Shown: in pieces, positions 1-11,637 of the stretch
How the letters are laid out: the number at the start of each line of letters is the position of its first letter
Numbering within the stretch: position 1 is the first letter of the stretch
NCBI GenBank assembly: GCA_950097015.1
Contig: CATNEN010000010.1
Span: 3,287,708-3,351,707, forward strand
From: Macrostomum hystrix
Lineage: Eukaryota > Animalia > Platyhelminthes
DNA: 64,000 nucleotides
Direction: 5' to 3'
Notes under the pieces: model-generated
What the model was told of the DNA's origin: nothing
Seen by the model: only the letters and a program-made list of their open reading frames with translations
Database searches by the model: none
Translations under genes and position numbers: made by a program

Positions 1-1
1 C

Positions 2-328
2 TCCGTTGTTCCAAGAGCCCGCGGCAGTATTCCAGGTGTTTCCTCCGTTGTTCCAAGAGTTCACGTCATTATTCCAGGTGTTTCCTCCGTTGTTCCAAGA
101 ACCCGCGGCAGTATTCCAGGTGTTTCCTCCGTTGTTCAGGGCATTGCCAGTATTTCTCCAGACCATTTTTCCATTTGTCCTGGTCCAGCTATTGTCCAAA
201 TCAGAATTTGAGGCCATGCTGCTTCTCCGGTAATCGTTTCTCAACGGAGTTGAATCAACAGCGACCAGGATCAGCGCCAGTGCTGCCACTTGAAGCAGGC
301 GTCTTGTGCAGCCGACTGCTGGGGCCAT
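2..328 (-). CDS. 5' part of a putative secreted Trp/Asn/Gly-rich heptad-repeat protein (runs off window edge)
   Basis: Hand translation from ATG at 328 (ACCATGG context) is open to base 2: MAPAVGCTRRLLQVAALALILVAVDS-TPLRNDYRRSS...NNGGNTWNTAAGSWNNGGNTWNNDVNSWNNGGNTWNTAAGSWNNG. Signal-peptide-like hydrophobic N-terminus, 42-bp/14-aa repeat. Not in the ORF track because no stop lies inside the window. Confidence 0.7.
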   Translation of the reverse strand, partial: MAPAVGCTRRLLQVAALALILVAVDSTPLRNDYRRSSMASNSDLDNSWTRTNGKMVWRNTGNALNNGGNTWNTAAGSWNNGGNTWNNDVNSWNNGGNTWNTAAGSWNNG

Positions 329-736
329 GGTCGATTCTACCTTGTGGCAGGTACTTAAGGTACTTAAAAGTTTGCTTAGGGTCCAACAAGAGCTCGATAT
401 CTTATTGTGTCAGCTTGGCCAATATAAATACCCTTTGCAAGCCGAGTAGTGGGTACTTTTGGAGTGTCGGCATCAACGTGCCATCGCTGAAACCGGATAA
501 AACCTGATTATCTGCACGCATTAGAAGAAATTTCAGGGAAAAAAAATTCGCTGCAGCCAGGTGCAGGCTTGGCAATTAGCAAATTCGCTCTTCACGAGGA
601 GTCGAAGAGATTGAATCGCGAAAAGTTATTCAATAATTTGCGAACGCTCTTAACAAGCTACCAAAGCCAGCGTTTAGCGACCCTTGATTGAAAGCGAAAG
701 GGGCGCGAGCCATTTTCCACTTCCTGGTGAAACACA

Positions 737-1694
737 GGTGAAATGCTTCTGTTCACTTTCCCGGTGAAATGCTTCAGTACACTTTCCCGGTGAAATCCTT
801 CTATAAAATTTCCCGGTGAAATGCTTCTGTACACTTTCCCGATGAAATGCTTCAGTACACTTTCTCGGTGAAATGCTTCAGTACACTTTCCCGGTGAAAT
901 CCTTCTATAAAATTTCCCGGTGAAATGCTTCTGTACACTTTCCCGATGAAATGCTTCAGTACACTTTCCCGGTGAAATGCTTCAGTACACTTTCCCGGTG
1001 AAATGCTTCAGTACACTTTCCCGGTGAAATGCTTCAGTACACTTTCCCGATGAAATGCTTCAGTACACTTTCCCGGTGAAATGCTTCAGTACACTTTCTC
1101 GGTGAAATGCTTCAGTACACTTTCCCGGTGAAATCCTTCTATAAAATTTCCCGGTGAAATGCTTCTGTACACTTTCCCGATGAAATGCTTCAGTACACTT
1201 TCCCGGTGAAATGCTTCAGTACACTTTCCCGGTGAAATGCTTCAGTACACTTTCCCGATGAAATGCTTCAGTACACTTTCCCGGTGAAATGCTTCAGTAC
1301 ACTTTCCCGGTGAAATGCTTCAGTACACTTTCCCGGTGAAATGCTTCAGTACACTTTCCCGGTGAAATGCTTCAGTACACTTTCCCGGTGAAATGCTTCT
1401 GTACACTTTCCCGGTGAAATGCTTCAGTACACTTTCCCGGTGAAATGCTTCTGTACACTTTCCCGGTGAAATGCTTCAGTACACTTTCCCGGTGAAATGC
1501 TTCTGTACACTTTCCCGGTGAAATGCTTCTGTACACTTTCCCGGTGAAATGCTTCAGTACACTTTCCCGGTGAAATGCTTCAGTACACTTTCCCGGTGAA
1601 ATGCTTCTGTACACTTTCCCGGTGAAATGCTTCTGTACACTTTCCCTGTTAAATCCTTCTATAAAATTTCCCGGTGAAATGCTTCTGTACACTT
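737..1694. repeat. 26-bp minisatellite (ACTTTCCCGGTGAAATGCTTCAGTAC)n, with further copies at ~1803-1875
   Basis: Tandem units read directly; ORF 1372..1701 repeats every 26 aa (3 units). Confidence 0.95.
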
Positions 1695-2029
1695 CAAGCA
1701 TTATGTGTACAGAAGTACTCTATATGGGGTTGCGCCCCATATAGAGTACATTTGGGGCGCATACGCCTCATTCTCTCTCTCTCTCTCTTTTCTCTGTCCT
1801 GACTTCTGTACACTTTCCCTGTTAAATCCTTCTATAAAATTTCCCGGTGAAATACTCCTGTACACTTTCCCGGTAAAATCATTCCTAAGACTTTCACTAT
1901 GAGCATTTTTCTGTTCAGTAACTGCCAAGTGATTACTTGCTACTCATCGGAAGGCAAAGTATTGGATTAATAGAATTTTCTTTTGGAGTAAAAAATACTA
2001 GCAGAAAGTCGAAATACTGAAGAAAAGAT

Positions 2030-2340
2030 CATGCTCACAAGACTTGAGCAATCGATTTTACTGCCTACCATTCCAGGAAGTGCGCTGCGGATGCTGGGAG
2101 GGCTGCATGCTCCGGGATCCGAGATGGGATTTGGCTGATTCCCTTAGGGGAGATTCTTCCTACAGCGCTGGAGGAGGAGTCAGGAAAGTTTATCTCTAGC
2201 TGCAGCTACGGGAATCCCTATTGACTTTTGGCCAGTGGGCTGAGCAAAGCGGCCTACAGAACACTTCGACCAGCCTGGGATCGATATTCGTTCGTGGCAA
2301 TGCCTCTGCACTGCTTCGTCCCTACATCGCTGCGCCTGAC
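2030..2340 (+). mobile_element. Possible degenerate 3' remnant of a CRE/R2-like non-LTR retrotransposon (RLE domain end)
   Basis: Broken frames give KT*AIDFT...AADAGRAA...ILPTALE...SLGSIFVRGNASALL, resembling the order of motifs (WDVT, AA..AA.RK, PIAVE, QRGNA) at the end of RLE-type ORFs. Similarity judged by eye only. Confidence 0.3.
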
Positions 2341-3289
2341 TATTTTGTGCGGGCTGTAACTCGCCAATTAATCTCTCACTAAAACTTGCCCCACGATCAA
2401 GCGCACAGACTCTGGGACATTGTCGAATGACTCACTCCGTTGAGCTGATCAGCTTTGCGACTCTCGTTAATCCGTCGCGGATTTAATAATGCTAGCACCG
2501 GCCATCCCAAAAAATGCTTGCAGGAACCCAACTTTCTCACCCACCCTCCGTGTGACTCCATAGAAACCCTCCCCCGACTAACAAGCAGAGCTCATTGCTT
2601 TTAGAAGGGCTTTTAGAACGGCAATAATGACGTAACACGCGATATCACACAGCTCGCAATATCAACAGCATGCGGCTGTGCCCTAAAGCGATGGATCAAA
2701 GGCAATCAAGTTGCTATAGACTGAGACTGCAAGATTGCGTCAATCATCTTTACTATACCAAGCTTTAGTCTTCGGTCACCAGTTCTTCCCGGCACCATCA
2801 GCCACACTCCCCTTCTGTGACTTCCTTCTCCCATCTCTGCCACCATGAGGCCCTTTTATCTCGCTCTGCAATATATCTTCTCACTCTCCCTTCCAGCCTC
2901 CTTCTATCCTATATATTTCCCTATCTCTATCCACCATTTCTTCCCCGCTATAATCTCTTTAATTTTGCTTTCTACTGTTCTCGTATTTTATTTATTTCAC
3001 AATTCATTATTTGATCCGTCCGTCTCAGGGCTTGAAATCCGTTTGTGATTTCTGTTCGGCAAGCATTTCCTACCAAATGCTCGTTATAAATTTCACAAGA
3101 CAGACGCCTTGAATTCTTCATGGACTTAAGGACAGGCGCTGAGCTGTCTGTGTGTTGTGCAATTATGGATCCCTGTCCGTGCATGTCCCAGTCACAGGTA
3201 TGCGGCAAACAGCAAACAGAACAACAGCTGCGACAGACAACCCAACCTGGACCAAACAATAACACTGGAGCATCAGCTGCCGCTTCAGC

Positions 3290-3417
<128 letters not shown>

Positions 3418-3479
3418 CGAATGTAAAGAAACCACGCACACAGAGTAGGAATCTCTCTTAATTGCAAGTTGAATCTGTC

Positions 3480-3518
3480 GACCAATATTTCGGCCCTTTC
3501 TGGGCCTTCGTCAGGGTC
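3480..3518 (-). ncRNA. Minimal type I hammerhead ribozyme (Penelope-like-element type)
   Basis: Minus strand: GACC-CUGACGA-A-GGCCC(AGAAA)GGGCC-GAAA-UAUU/GGUC. Core CUGANGA and GAAA, 5-bp stem II, 4-bp stem I (GACC/GGUC), loopless self-complementary stem III (AUAU); predicted cut between 3484 and 3483. Confidence 0.7.
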
Positions 3519-4670
3519 CGTTTATTTGAAGAGATAGATAGATAGATAGATAGATAGATATGTAGATAGATCCATGAATTCCATGAATCATTCACTGTTC
3601 AAAAATTTCCCGAGACTCTCGTTCGCGCTTGACAAGCAGACTCCAGCAGGCCACCTGCAATTCGCACTGCGAGCGCGCCAGTCTTTGTCCCGTCAGTGTC
3701 TTTGTTATCAGCCGGCCCTTGACAACCTGGCAACCAGAAATTCTGCTTCAGCTTGTCTTCTTGCGCTACAAATAAGTGGCAGCTAGTTTATATCATTGGG
3801 GGCCAATGAGGTTTGGACACAAATAAATAAGCAGATTTCCTGTTCCGCTTACATGACTGCCTGAGTGCGCCAATTCAGAATGACAAATCTTTTTGAACTG
3901 CTGAGTCACTGCCGAGACGGCTCTAGAATAACTTCCAGTTCAGCCCCTTCATTAGCTTTAGGAAATGAATAGCATCAGCCAAGACAGCCGAGAACAGGTG
4001 TGAGGCTTGGATGAATGCTTTGTACGCAGCCTTCTAGCACAAAAGGCGGCAGCAACAGCAACAGCAGCAGCGGATAGATGGGCCAGCTGATGGGAGGCTA
4101 TCAGCAGGCAGCACATTGTGCACCGTCTGTCAGCTTAACAAAAAGCGGGGGCTCCATGTTAGAGGCAGTAAAACTGAGCGGAGAGGAAGGTTCTCACACG
4201 GCCTGCTCAGAGGGGGGTCGCGTAGGCCAGCCACCTCCGCGGTTCCCACTCCGCTCAGCTGGGTTCGCGTTGTTGCCGTGGGACCCGCGTTGTTGGCACC
4301 CCTGGGAAAATTTCATCGCTTAGTCCAGTTGCGATGCGAATTTACCAAGTCCACCTGCCGCCTTCCACCCTGCTTATCGAGTTAAAACTGCCTTTGCAAA
4401 CCAGATGAAGCCTTGTGTTCCCATGCTGCCTTGGGGCCCAGCAACCCCCTGGAAACAGGAAATTCCACTGGCGGTGACTGACTCATGTTGCTAGCAATTT
4501 ACTCCGCTTGGCGTGTCTGTGCGATAAGCAAGTTTATCTGCTCAGCAACCTCACACCTGCCTGACTGTCTACTCCTGGGTCTGCGCGTGTCTTTTTGTTT
4601 GTTTCTTCTGTGAGCTTAGAGTCCATACACCTGACAGCTTGCCACTCATTCACAAGCTTCCAATTGATCT

Positions 4671-5255
4671 ACCTCCTACTCTCACAGCTGCGCCTCCTAC
4701 TCTCAAAGCTGTACCTCCTGCTCTCACAGCTGCACCTCCTGCTCTCACAGCTGTACCTCCTGCTCTCACAGCTGCGCCTCCTACTCTCAAAGCTGTACCT
4801 CCTACTCTCACAGCTGTGCCTCCTGCTCTCACAGCTGTACCTCCTGCTCTCACAGCTGCACCTCCTACTCTCAAAGCTGTACCTCCTGCTCTCACAGCTG
4901 TACCTCCTGCTCTCACAGCTGTACCTCCTGCTCTCACAGCTGCACCTCCTACTCTCAAAGCTGTACCTCCTGCTCTCACAGCTGTGCCTCCTGCTCTCAC
5001 AGCTGCACCTCCTACTCTCACAGCTGTACCTCCTGCTCTCACAGCTGCGCCTCCTGCTCTCACAGCTGCACCTCCTGCTCTCACAGCTGCACCTCCTGCT
5101 CTCACAGCTGTACCTCCTGCTCTCACAGCTGCGCCTCCTACTCTCAAAGCTGTACCTCCTGCTCTCACAGCTGTGCCTCCTGCTCTCACAGCTGCACCTC
5201 CTACTCTCACAGCTGTACCTCCTACTCTCACAGCTGTACCCCCTTACTCTCACAG
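4671..5255. repeat. 21-bp minisatellite (CCTCCTGCTCTCACAGCTGTA)n
   Basis: Direct reading; explains ORFs 4595-5557, 4639-5283, 4650-5231, 4669-5268. Confidence 0.95.
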
Positions 5256-6179
5256 CTTTATCTCTCACAGCTCCACTTTTTAACTCTCACAGATTCACCT
5301 CTTACTTCATGTTGCCTATTTCCAGCCTGGGTATCTATCCATTAAATTGGCAAGTTGCACCTGACTCGAGCCTATGTGCAGTCCGATCCGGGTGCAAGGG
5401 TGTCGTTGTTTGCAGCTGTCAATCAATTATGCTAATTCAACAAACTTTCTTGCCATTTATCGAATTCTACAATACTTCTGTATTTATGTTTGCACCTCCC
5501 TTTGTGGAGACGCTCGTATCGAAAGCAATGAAATTTTCTTCTTCATCACTAAATTAAATGCTTAAGTACCTTTAAATCAGCGAGTGTATATTTCTGTGCT
5601 GTGACAACTCGATGGCAAAGTTTTGTATTTACAGTGAGTGACAGTAGGCATATCAAAGCAATATATAGCAGGCTTGAGACATTAAATAGTTTTTATTGGG
5701 AAGAAAAATCAACAGCTGTGATTTCTTAACAGGAAGAATGCGTGCCAGCAGTGGGCAGTGCAGCTGTGACAGTTGAATTCTATTAGGGCAATCTGCGGAT
5801 ATAGCTAAACGGTTGCTATGGGCAGCTGACACGGCGATAGCAGCAGAGTTCTTCAGGTGCGGCCCGCAATCAAAGTGGCCGATAACTGAAACACAAATCA
5901 GCCACATCGAAATAATTTTAGGGACTCAACTAGAACAAAGGAAAGATGAAATTCTAGAAGGTTGATAGACTCCCAAATTACTCACCGGTGATAGCACTGC
6001 TCAGTAGTGCCGGTCAATGCGACTTTCGACTGTAATCCTCAGATAATCCTTCGCTCAGCGAAATCTGGGCCTGCGGGTGGGACATTGTTTAGAGTTGAGA
6101 ATCGAGGATTATCCGGTGATTTTGTAGATTCAAATCCCAACACCTAGTTTCTTATTTGGCGCATTTCATCTTTCATTAT

Positions 6180-6704
6180 TCACCGACAATGTCCCATAGA
6201 ATTCGGCCTTCTTAGTCCCAATCTCCATGGCAACAGCCATGGCAACAGAGAAGGCAGGCAAATCCCAGCACTCACACTCAGCGTCTGGGTCTGCGCCGGC
6301 AGAAGCGACGAGGACAACAATGGCGAGGCCTGCCTGATGGGCTCAGGGCAGGAAGCTGCCGCACAGTTGACGTCGGCAAACGGCCTCCTGACTGCGGCGG
6401 AGGCCGCGGCCAGCGCAGCCGCCCGGTAGAAGTCGCCGGTGAGCTGGTCGGTGAGCTGCTCCTCCAGATCGATGATGTAATCGATGGCGGCCTGCAGGAT
6501 CTGCAGCTGGCCGCGGTGGCACTCGGAGCTGACGCCGGCCTTGGCCAGCCAGGGAATCGAGCGGTGCAGCTGCTCGAAGCTCTCGACCACGTCGCACATC
6601 TCCTCCTCGTTGGCGAAGTCGGCCCGGTTGAAATTCTCGGAGTAGCAAGCCGACGGTGCCGGTGCCGCCGCCGCCTGGTCCTTGACTTTGGTCTGGGTCT
6701 CCAT
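6180..6704 (-). CDS. Id/extramacrochaetae-like HLH protein lacking a basic region
   Basis: From ATG 6704: METQTK...EEEMCDVVESFEQLHRSIPW...QLQILQAAIDYIIDLEEQL matches the Id/emc helix-loop-helix pattern (EM..CYSKLKELVP...VEILQHVIDYILDL) with acidic, not basic, residues upstream. A GTGAGT donor at 6275 could replace the C-terminus. Confidence 0.75.
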   Translation of the reverse strand: METQTKVKDQAAAAPAPSACYSENFNRADFANEEEMCDVVESFEQLHRSIPWLAKAGVSSECHRGQLQILQAAIDYIIDLEEQLTDQLTGDFYRAAALAAASAAVRRPFADVNCAAASCPEPIRQASPLLSSSLLPAQTQTLSVSAGICLPSLLPWLLPWRLGLRRPNSMGHCR

Positions 6705-6899
6705 TCTGAGTTGACTGAGAGTTGCTATGCGAGATGGAAAGAGAAGGTTTGAGTAGGCCTGGGGCTTGTGGAGAAAGGTCGGGGAAATCGCAGTCAAGGC
6801 CAAACTTGTGCACGCCTCGTTTTATCCTAGGGACGGATCTGGTTGGGGAGGGCGCGAGAGGATGCGCGGGGTTGCGCCGAACGAACAGGCCCTGGGGTC

Positions 6900-6970
6900 T
6901 GACAGCCAATGAGAGCGCATCTGGCTGGCAGTGCGGTCACAGCTGCGCACCCCATTTTAGGGCGGAAGGG
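6900..6970 (-). promoter_or_regulatory. Candidate proximal promoter elements of the Id-like gene (CCAAT 6906-6910, GGGCGG 6960-6965)
   Basis: Motifs 200-260 bp upstream of the ATG; position only. Confidence 0.25.
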
Positions 6971-7499
6971 AAGTGAAGGAGAGGGAGGTAGGGGAGACGC
7001 GTGAGGCTGGCAGCACCTGGCACTCCAGCCAGCCCTGCAGCTTTAGGGAGAAAGTTTAGCATAAGCATGATGAGGCCGATGATTGGAACAAGGGACGCTG
7101 GCAGTTAAGCGAGGGGGATTTTGGAATCTATCGCATCCCATCCACCCCAAGCTGCACCTGCTGCCCCGCAGTCACTCCGCATCCCCACCTGCCTTGCAGG
7201 TCCTCATCACTGCTCAGTGCACTGCATGTATTATGCAGCAGCGAGGCGGGAACAGCCAGGTGCGGAGTGTGACTGGTGCCGCTCAGCTGCAGCTGACGGC
7301 ACACCTGGCCTGCGAATTCAGCATTCAAAAGACCGCACACCGGGGACACCGCTGCGTGGCAGTCAAAGAGATGAGACCCCACACTGGCAAACTCGGCCAG
7401 CGCTCTTGCATATTTGATTTTGTTACTTCTATAGAAAATGTAACCCAAATTTACTGCCATTACACCGAAACTGAGTTCCTCAACTATAACAAAACTATA

Positions 7500-8893
7500 A
7501 TCCCAAAATGACTATTCTTTGAGGTTCCTAAACAATCCCAAAATGAACATTCGTTTAGGTTCCTAAACAATCCCAAAATGACCATTCTTTAAGGTTCCTA
7601 AACAATCCAAAAATGACCATTCTTTAAGGTTCCTAAACAATCCAAAAATGACCATTCTTTTAGGTTCCTAAACAATCCAAAAATGACCATTCTTTTAGGT
7701 TCCTAAACAATCCCAAAATGACCATTCTTTAAGGTTCCTAAACAATCCAAAAATGACCATTCTTTTAGGTTCCTAAACAATCCAAAAATGACCATTCTTT
7801 TAGGTTCCTAAACAATCCCAAAATGACCATTCTTTAAGGTTCCTAAACAATCCAAAAATGACCATTCTTTTAGGTTCCTAAACAATCCCAAAATGAACAT
7901 TCTTTTAGGTTCCTAAACAATCCCAAAAATGACCATTCTTTTAGGTTCCTAAACAATCCCAAAATGACCATTCTTTTAGGTTCCTAAACAATCCAAAAAT
8001 GACCATTCTTTTAGGTTCCTAAACAATCCAAAAATGACCATTCTTTTAGGTTCCTAAACAATCCCAAAATGACCATTCTTTAAGGTTCCTAAACAATCCA
8101 AAAATGACCATTCTTTTAGGTTCCTAAACAATCCAAAAATGACCATTCTTTTAGGTTCCTAAACAATCCCAAAATGACCATTCTTTAAGGTTCCTAAACA
8201 ATCCAAAAATGACCATTCTTTTAGGTTCCTAAACAATCCCAAAATGAACATTCTTTTAGGTTCCTAAACAATCCCAAAAATGACCATTCTTTTAGGTTCC
8301 TAAACAATCCCAAAATGACCATTCTTTTAGGTTCCTAACAATCCCAAAAATGACCATTCTTTTAGGTTCCTAAACAATCCCAAAATGACCATTCTTTTAG
8401 GTTCCTAAACAATCCCAAAATGACCATTCTTTAAGGTTCCTAAACAATCCAAAAATGACCATTCTTTTAGGTTCCTAAACAATCCCAAAATGACCATTCT
8501 TTAAGGTTCCTAAACAATCCCAAAATGACCATTCTTTAAGGTTCCTAAACAATCCAAAAATGACCATTCTTTTAGGTTCCTAAACAATCCCAAAATGAAC
8601 ATTCTTTTAGGTTCCTAAACAATCCCAAAAATGACCATTCTTTTAGGTTCCTAAACAATCCCAAAATGACCATTCTTTTAGGTTCCTAAACAATCCCAAA
8701 AATGACCATTCTTTTAGGTTCCTAAACAATCCCAAAATGACCATTCTTTTAGGTTCCTAAACAATCCCAAAATGACCATTCTTTAAGGTTCCTAAACAAT
8801 CCAAAAATGACCATTCTTTTAGGTTCCTAAACAATCCCAAAATGACCATTCTTTAAGGTTCCTAAACAATCCCAAAATGACCATTCTTTTAGG
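7500..8893. repeat. 35-bp minisatellite (CCCAAAATGACCATTCTTTTAGGTTCCTAAACAAT)n
   Basis: About 40 tandem units, no spacers. Confidence 0.95.
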
Positions 8894-9401
8894 TCCACAA
8901 AATAACACAAAAGCAACACAAAGAGCCGAAGTCGTGAGTAAAATGGTGTCTGTTGAGTCTACTATATTGATTAATTAACAATTTGTTTATAGAAAGCAAT
9001 GCAACGCAGAGCAATTCGATCCGACAATGCTTCAAGCATGAGGAAATGTAGCGAGATGCTTGCGCAGGAAGGAAGCCCCGCATGCAGTCTATGTCTGGGT
9101 TGCTGCATACTTTTTCTAAATATATACATATTGTACTAACACCTGTAGGAATCTGAATTGGTTGTATGCGAAACAAAGTTTTATACTCTCCTATTCAAAC
9201 TCTCCACGTCCCACGAAGTCTGCTTGATTTAATCAGGCCCCTCCAAGTTGGTGAATTTGTGGCTGAAAAATGATACAGCAACTTAACTATAAAGTTACTT
9301 CATTGTCTGGACTGCATATGAGAGTTTATCAGACTGGAATCTGTGTACAGCTGCCCTGACCCAGTTTCTGACATTAGGCGGCTTTTCACGTGTCCTGGTG
9401 T

Positions 9402-10190
9402 CTAGAATGAGATTCTTCTAGTCTAGTATGAGATTCTTCTAGTCTAGAATGAGATTCTTCTAGTCTAGTATGAGATTCTTCTAGTCTAGAATGAGATTCT
9501 TCTAGTCTAGTATGAGATTCTTCTAGTCTAGAATGAGATTCTTCTAGTCTAGTATGAGATTCTTCTAGTCTAGAATGAGATTCTTCTAGTCTAGAATGAG
9601 ATTCTTCTAGTCTAGTATGAGATTCTTCTAGTCTAGAATGAGATTCTTCTAGTCTAGTATGAGATTCTTCTAGTCTAGAATGAGATTCTTCTAGTCTAGA
9701 ATGAGATTCTTCTAGTCTAGAATGAGATTCTTCTAGTCTAGAATGAGATTCTTCTAGTCTAGAATGAGATTCTTCTAGTCTAGAATGAGATTCTTCTAGT
9801 CTAGAATGAGATTCTTCTAGCCTAGTATGAGATTCTTCTAGTCTAGTATGAGATTCTTCTAGTCTAGTATGAGATTCTTCTAGTCTAGTATGAGATTCTT
9901 CTAGTCTAGTATGAGATTCTTCTAGTCTAGTATGAGATTCTTCTAGTCTAGAATGAGATTCTTCTAGTCTAGTATGAGATTCTTCTAGTCTATTATGAGA
10001 TTCTTCTAGTCTATTATCAGATTCTTCTAGTCTAGTATGAGATTCTTCTAGTAAAGTATGAGATTCTTTTTGCCTAGAATGAGATTATTCTATCCTAGGG
10101 TGAGTTTATCTATCCTAGGGTGATATTATCTATCCTAGGGTGAGATTATTTATCCTAGGGTAAGATTATCTATCCTAGGGTGAGATTCTT
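9402..10190. repeat. 21-bp minisatellite (CTAGTCTAGAATGAGATTCTT)n grading into a degenerate 20-bp unit at 10080-10190
   Basis: Direct reading. Confidence 0.95.
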
Positions 10191-10435
10191 TTAGTCAAAA
10201 ACAAGATTCGTAAAATTGATGTAAATCGAGGACAATATTCTGAAAATCGCGTCTGGCTTCGTGTTAAAGATTGAGATCAACATAGGCCATTCAAGTATAT
10301 ACAGTGCAGGTTCTGAGGTCATGCGTGGCCTCTCAAATCTCGCAGTCTGTCGCCCGAGTTGTCTCCAATGGCTATGCTAAAATTGGGGCTGAATCGTCCC
10401 CATCTGACAGAGGTTGCGCAGACGGCATTCTTCAT

Positions 10436-10575
10436 TCAGTCCGCTAATGAGCTGCCCGTATGGTCGCCTTTGATCTCCACGGGTCCACACCATCGGAGGC
10501 TGAACTGCCGCGGCAGCTGCAGCTGACTGGCCGACTGGCTCTCGTCATCGCTCAGCGGCTCTGGCGGCGCATGTG
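10436..10575 (-). CDS. Possible orphan terminal exon of an unidentified gene
   Basis: TTTTCTTTAG acceptor (AG 10577-10576) followed by a GC-rich open frame (APPEPLSDDESQSASQLQLPRQFSLRW...LAD*). No homology recognised and upstream exons not identified. Confidence 0.2.
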
Positions 10576-11030
10576 CTAAAGAAAAACACACCAGAGACTG
10601 TAGCGCAGACCAAACTATGAAACAGACACACTCGCTCACTTAAAGAAACAGCTGGCAGCTGTGCGGATCTTTGGTTAGAAAGCGGAGCCTTTCCCAGGCG
10701 GTGGGGATAATTATCCCCCCTTCTGGTAAAATGGATTCAACAATTTTGCCCAATTCAGTCTGCTTCGCCAGCCTGTATGCTGTGGGTCAGTCTTGACAGC
10801 AGCTGGGACTGGGATATCAGGCGCGGGGATTTCAGCCGTGCAGTTGGCGCCGAGGCTCAGCGCTGCCCCGCCACAATGCTTCGATACGTTCCATCGGCGC
10901 AAGCGCAAACGGTGAATCCCGATTGATTATTCAGCGAACAGAATAACAAATTAATTTTTATTAACAGAAACACGAGAGTTTAATGCCCATAATCACACAA
11001 TGAAGCACAGGAAAACTCCATTGGAAAAAT

Positions 11031-11637
11031 CCTAGACTTCACAGATCCTAGACTTCACAGATCCTAAACTTCACAGATCCTAGACTTCACAGATCCTAGA
11101 CTTCACAGATCCTAGACTTCACAGATCCCAGACTTCACAGATCCTAGACTTCACAGATCCTAAACTTCACAGATCCTAAACTTCACAGATCCTAGACTTC
11201 ACAGATCCTAGACTTCACAGATCCTAGACTTCACAGATCCTATATAGACTTCACAGATCCTAGACTTCACAGATCCTAGACTTCACAGATCCTAGACTTC
11301 ACAGATCCTAGACTTCACAGATCCTAGACTTCACAGATCCTATATAGACTTCACAGATCCTAGACTTCACAGATCCTAGACTTCACAGATCCTAGACTTC
11401 ACAGATCCTAGACTTCACAGATCCTAGACTTCACAGATCCTAGACTTCACAGATCCTAGACTTCACAGATCCTAGACTTCACAGATCCTAGACTTCACAG
11501 ATCCTAGACTTCACAGATCCTAGACTTCACAGATCCTAGACTTCACAGATCCTAGACTTCACAGATCCTAGACTTCACAGATCCTAGACTTCACAGATCC
11601 TAGACTTCACAGATCCTAAACTTCACAGATCCTAAAC
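11031..11637. repeat. 16-bp minisatellite (CTTCACAGATCCTAGA)n
   Basis: Direct reading. Confidence 0.95.

Noticed and set aside
3880-4570. GC-rich stretch with short ORFs that could be exons
   Set aside because: No homology recognised and no consistent splice-phase chain.
4595-5557. Long periodic ORFs on both strands (also at 14-17, 21.6-22.6, 26.8-27.5, 30-31, 35.6-36.3, 52.0-52.7 and 61.5-62.6 kb)
   Set aside because: Translations of minisatellites; several lie inside introns defined by homology and splice phase.
7500-8893. 35-bp direct repeats with an internal palindrome, superficially CRISPR-like
   Set aside because: Units are contiguous with no unique spacers, no cas genes, and the context is spliced eukaryotic genes. 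The same applies to all other arrays.
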